Assembly: GCA_963920595.1 (NCBI GenBank)
Contig: OY986948.1
Location: forward strand, 4,960,001-5,024,000
Direction of reading: 5' to 3'
DNA: 64,000 bases
Source of the DNA: Eimeria praecox
Lineage: Eukaryota
A model generated the notes under the pieces. That model was not told the origin of the DNA, ran no database searches, and was given only the letters and a program-made list of their open reading frames with translations. Of the stretch, positions 60,770-64,000 are shown in pieces. Position 1 is the first letter of the stretch. Each line of letters begins with the position of its first letter. The position numbers were made by a program, and so were the translations under genes.

Positions 60770-62860
60770 AGGCGTCAATCGCTCTGCGCCTGCGTGTGTG
60801 CGGGTTGTTCTAATTCAGGAGCCGGTGCGTGTTTGTCAAGACGTGTGTACACGTGTTGCTGTGAGGGCGTGGATATTGGGAGTGTGGTCGTTAGTAGAAT
60901 GATGTGTATTTGAGTGGACGCTGCTGTGTGTCTAGTGGGTGTCTAGGAGGTGTTGAGGAGGGGAGAAGGGGTTGTGCAGTGTTTGGAGTTTGGGTATTGT
61001 TGGGGACAGGGCAAGGCAGGAGTAAGTCAGCGTTTTGGTTTGAGGCGTCAATATCGTTGCGTCTGTGTGTGTGCGGGTTGTTCTAATTCAGGAGCAGGTG
61101 CATGTTTGTCAACACGTGTGTACACGTGTTGCTGTGAGGGCGTGTATATTGGGAGTGTGGTAGTTAGTAGAATGATGTGTATTTGCGTGGACGCTGCTGT
61201 GTGTCTAGTGGGTGTCTGGGAGGTGTTGAGGAGGGGAGGAGTTTTGCAGCGTTTGGAGTTTGGGAATTGTTGGGGATGGTGCAAGGCAGAAGGAAGTCAG
61301 CGTTTTGGTTTGAAACGTCAACCTTGTTGCCCCTGCGTGCGTGCGGGTTGTTCTAATTCAGGAGCAGGTGCGTGTTTGTCAAGACGTGTGTACACGTGTC
61401 TCTGTGAGGGCGTGGATATTGGGAGTGTGGTAGTTAGTAGAATGATGTGTATTTGCGTGGACGCTGCTGTGTGTCTAGTGGGTGTCTGGGAGGTGTTGTG
61501 GAGGGGAGAAGGGGTTGTGCAATGTTTGGAGTTTGGGTATTGTTGGGGATGGGGCAAGGCAGAAGGAAGTCAGCGTTTTGGTTTGAGGCGTCAATCGTTC
61601 TGCGCCTGCGTGTGTGGAGGTTGTTCTAATTCAGGAGCCGGTGCGTGTTTGTCAACACGTGTGTACACGTGTCTCTGTGAAGGGCGTGGATATTGGGAGT
61701 GTGGTAGTTAGTAGAATGATGTGTATTTGAGTGGACGCTGCTGTGTGTCTAGTGGGTGTCTGGGAGGTGTTGTGGAGGGGAGAAGGGGTTGTCTAGTGTT
61801 TGGAGTTTGGGTATTGTTGGGGATGGGGCAAGGCAGAGGGAAGTCAGCGTTTTGGTTTGAGGCGTCAATTTCGTCGCGCCTGCGTGCGTGCGGGTTGTTC
61901 TAATTCAGGAGCCGGTGCGTGTTTGTCAACGCGTGTGTACACGTGATGCTGTGAGGGCGTGGATATTGGGAGTGTGGTAGTTAGTAGAATGATGTGCATT
62001 TGAGTAGAGGCTGCTGTGTGTCTAGTGGGTGTCTGGGAGGTGTTGTGGAGGGGAGAAGGGGTTGTCTAGCGTTTGGAGTTTGGGTATTGTTGGGGATGGG
62101 GCAAGGCAGATGGAAGTCGGCGTTTTGGTTTGAGGCGTCAATCGCTCTGCGCCTGCGTGTGTGCGGGTTGTTCTAATTCAGGAGCCGGTGCGTGTTTGTC
62201 AAGACGTGTGTACACGTGTTGCTGTGAGGGCGTGGATATTGGGAGTGTGGTCGTTAGTAGAATGATGTGTATTTGAGTGGACGCTGCTGTGTGTCTAGTG
62301 GGTGTCTAGGAGGTGTTGAGGAGGGGAGAAGGGGTTGTGCAGTGTTTGGAGTTTGGGTATTGTTGGGGACAGGGCAAGGCAGGAGTAAGTCAGCGTTTTG
62401 GTTTGAGGCGTCAATATCGTTGCGTCTGTGTGTGTGCGGGTTGTTCTAATTCAGGAGCAGGTGCATGTTTGTCAACACGTGTGTACACGTGTTGCTGTGA
62501 GGGCGTGTATATTGGGAGTGTGGTAGTTAGTAGAATGATGTGTATTTGCGTGGACGCTGCTGTGTGTCTAGTGGGTGTCTGGGAGGTGTTGAGGAGGGGA
62601 GGAGTTTTGCAGCGTTTGGAGTTTGGGAATTGTCGGGGATGGTGCAAGGCAGAAGGAAGTCAGCGTTTTGGTTTGAAACGTCAACCTTGTTGCCCCTGCG
62701 TGCGTGCGGGTTGTTCTAATTCAGGAGCAGGTGCGTGTTTGTCAAGACGTGTGTACACGTGTCTCTGTGAGGGCGTGGATATTGGGAGTGTGGTAGTTAG
62801 TAGAATGATGTGTATTTGCGTGGACGCTGCTGTGTGTCTAGTGGGTGTCTGGGAGGTGTT
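60770..62860 (+). repeat. Block duplication at 1363-bp offset (5 monomers) of diverged monomers
   Basis: ORF pairs 60904/62267, 60950/62313, 61318/62681. Markers gtggtcgttag, gcaggagtaag, aatatcgttgcgtctg, tgaaacgtca. Confidence 0.9.
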
Positions 62861-64000
62861 GAGGAGGGGAGAAGGGGTTGTGCAGTGTTTGGAGTTTGGG
62901 TATTGTTGGGGATGGGGCAAGGCAGAGGGAAGTCAGCATTTTGGTTTGAGGCGTCAACCTCGTTGCGCCTGCGTGTGTGGAGGTTGTTCTAATTCAGGAG
63001 CAGGTGCGTGTTTGTCAACACGTGTGTACACGTGTTCGTGTGGGGGCATGGAAATTGGGAGTGTGGTAGTTAGTAGAATGATGTGTATTTGAGTGGAGGC
63101 TGCTGTGTGTCTAGTGGGTGTCTGGGAGGTGTTGTGGAGGGGAGAAGGGGCTGTCTAGGGTTTGGAGATTGGGTATTGTAGGGGATGGGGCAAGGCAGAG
63201 GGAAGTCAGCATTTTGGTTTGAGGCGTCACCCTCGTTGCGCCTGCGTGTGTGGAGGTTGTTCTAATTCAGGAGCAGGTGCGTGTTTGTCAAGACGTGTGT
63301 ACACGTGTTCGTGTGGGGGCATGGAAATTGGGAGTGTGGTAGTTAGTAGAATGATGTGTATTTGAGTGGAGGCTGCTGTGTGTCTAGTGGGTGTCTGGGA
63401 GGTGTTGTGGAGGGGAGAAGGGGCTGTCTAGGGTTTGGAGATTGGGTATTGTAGGGGATGGGGCAAGGCAGAGGGAAGTCAGCGCTTTGGTTTGAGGCCT
63501 CAGTCGTTCTGCGCCTGCGTGTGTGGAGGTTGTTCTAATTCAGGAGCCGGTGCGTGTTTGTCAACACGTGTGTACACGTGTCTCTGTGAGGGCGTGGATA
63601 TTGGGAGTGTGGTAGTTAGTAGAATGATGTGTATTTGCGTGGACGCTGCTGTGTGTCTAGTGGGTGTCTGGGAGGTGTTGTGGAGGGGAGAAGGGGTTGT
63701 GCAACGTTTGGAGTTTGGGTATTGTAGGGGATGGGGCAAGGCAGAGGGAAGTCAGCATTTTGGTTTGAGGCGTCAACCTCGTTGCGCCTGCGTGTGTGGA
63801 GGTTGTTCTAATTCAGGAGCAGGTGCGTGTTTGTCAACACGTGTGTACACGTGTTCGTGTTGGGGCATGGAAATTGGGAGTGTGGTAGTTAGTAGAATGC
63901 TGTGTATTTGAGTGGAGGCTGCTGTGTGTCTAGTGGGTGTCTGGGAGGTTTTGTGGAGGGGAGAAGGGGTTGTCTAGGGTTTGGAGTTTGGGTATTGTTG

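Larger units (their letters stand above)
1..64000 (+). repeat. Tandem satellite array, ~273-bp monomer, 234 full copies plus a partial copy, single orientation
   Basis: Near-invariant motifs (gtgtgtctagtgggtgtctgggagg; gtggtagttagtagaatgatgtgtat; ttgttctaattcaggagc) recur every 273/274 bp from position 1 to the end. The ORF track repeats with the same period. The last monomer starts at 63911. Confidence 0.99.

Noticed and set aside
1..64000. CRISPR array or variable-cassette system (conserved blocks alternating with variable sites)
   Set aside because: The variable segments are short homologous alleles reused many times, not unique spacers. No cas, reverse transcriptase or recombinase gene is present in the window.
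1..64000. Hidden transposon insertion or strand inversion within the array
   Set aside because: Monomer phase is accounted for to the base across the window, and the G/T skew never flips.

Overview
The whole 64 kb window is one uninterrupted head-to-tail tandem satellite array of a ~273-bp monomer. It holds 234 complete monomers plus a 90-bp partial one, all in one orientation, and the repeat runs to both window edges. My hand count of monomer 1 gives G113/T81/A44/C35, so it is 54% GC and strongly G/T-skewed on the + strand. Length bookkeeping closes exactly: 234x273, plus 52 one-base insertion monomers, plus 1 private +1, minus 5x3, 2x4 and 1x2 deletions, puts the last monomer start at 63911, as observed. 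There is therefore no hidden insertion, transposon or unique gene. All ORFs in the track are by-products of the repeat: the unit is 91 codons, stop codons are polymorphic and frameshifts are frequent. The informative structure lies in the variants. There is a patchwork of local higher-order repeats and block duplications (periods of 2-25 monomers), and recurrent allele modules are shuffled between monomers. Rare diverged monomer types are shared by the two ends of the window. Each monomer carries a double-CACGTG palindrome and G-tracts, and many polymorphisms are CpG<->TpG/CpA. The array looks like eukaryotic satellite DNA (centromeric, pericentromeric or subtelomeric), but I do not recognise the family or organism. 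I see no evidence of a protein-coding or CRISPR-like system. Block boundaries are approximate and were read by eye.
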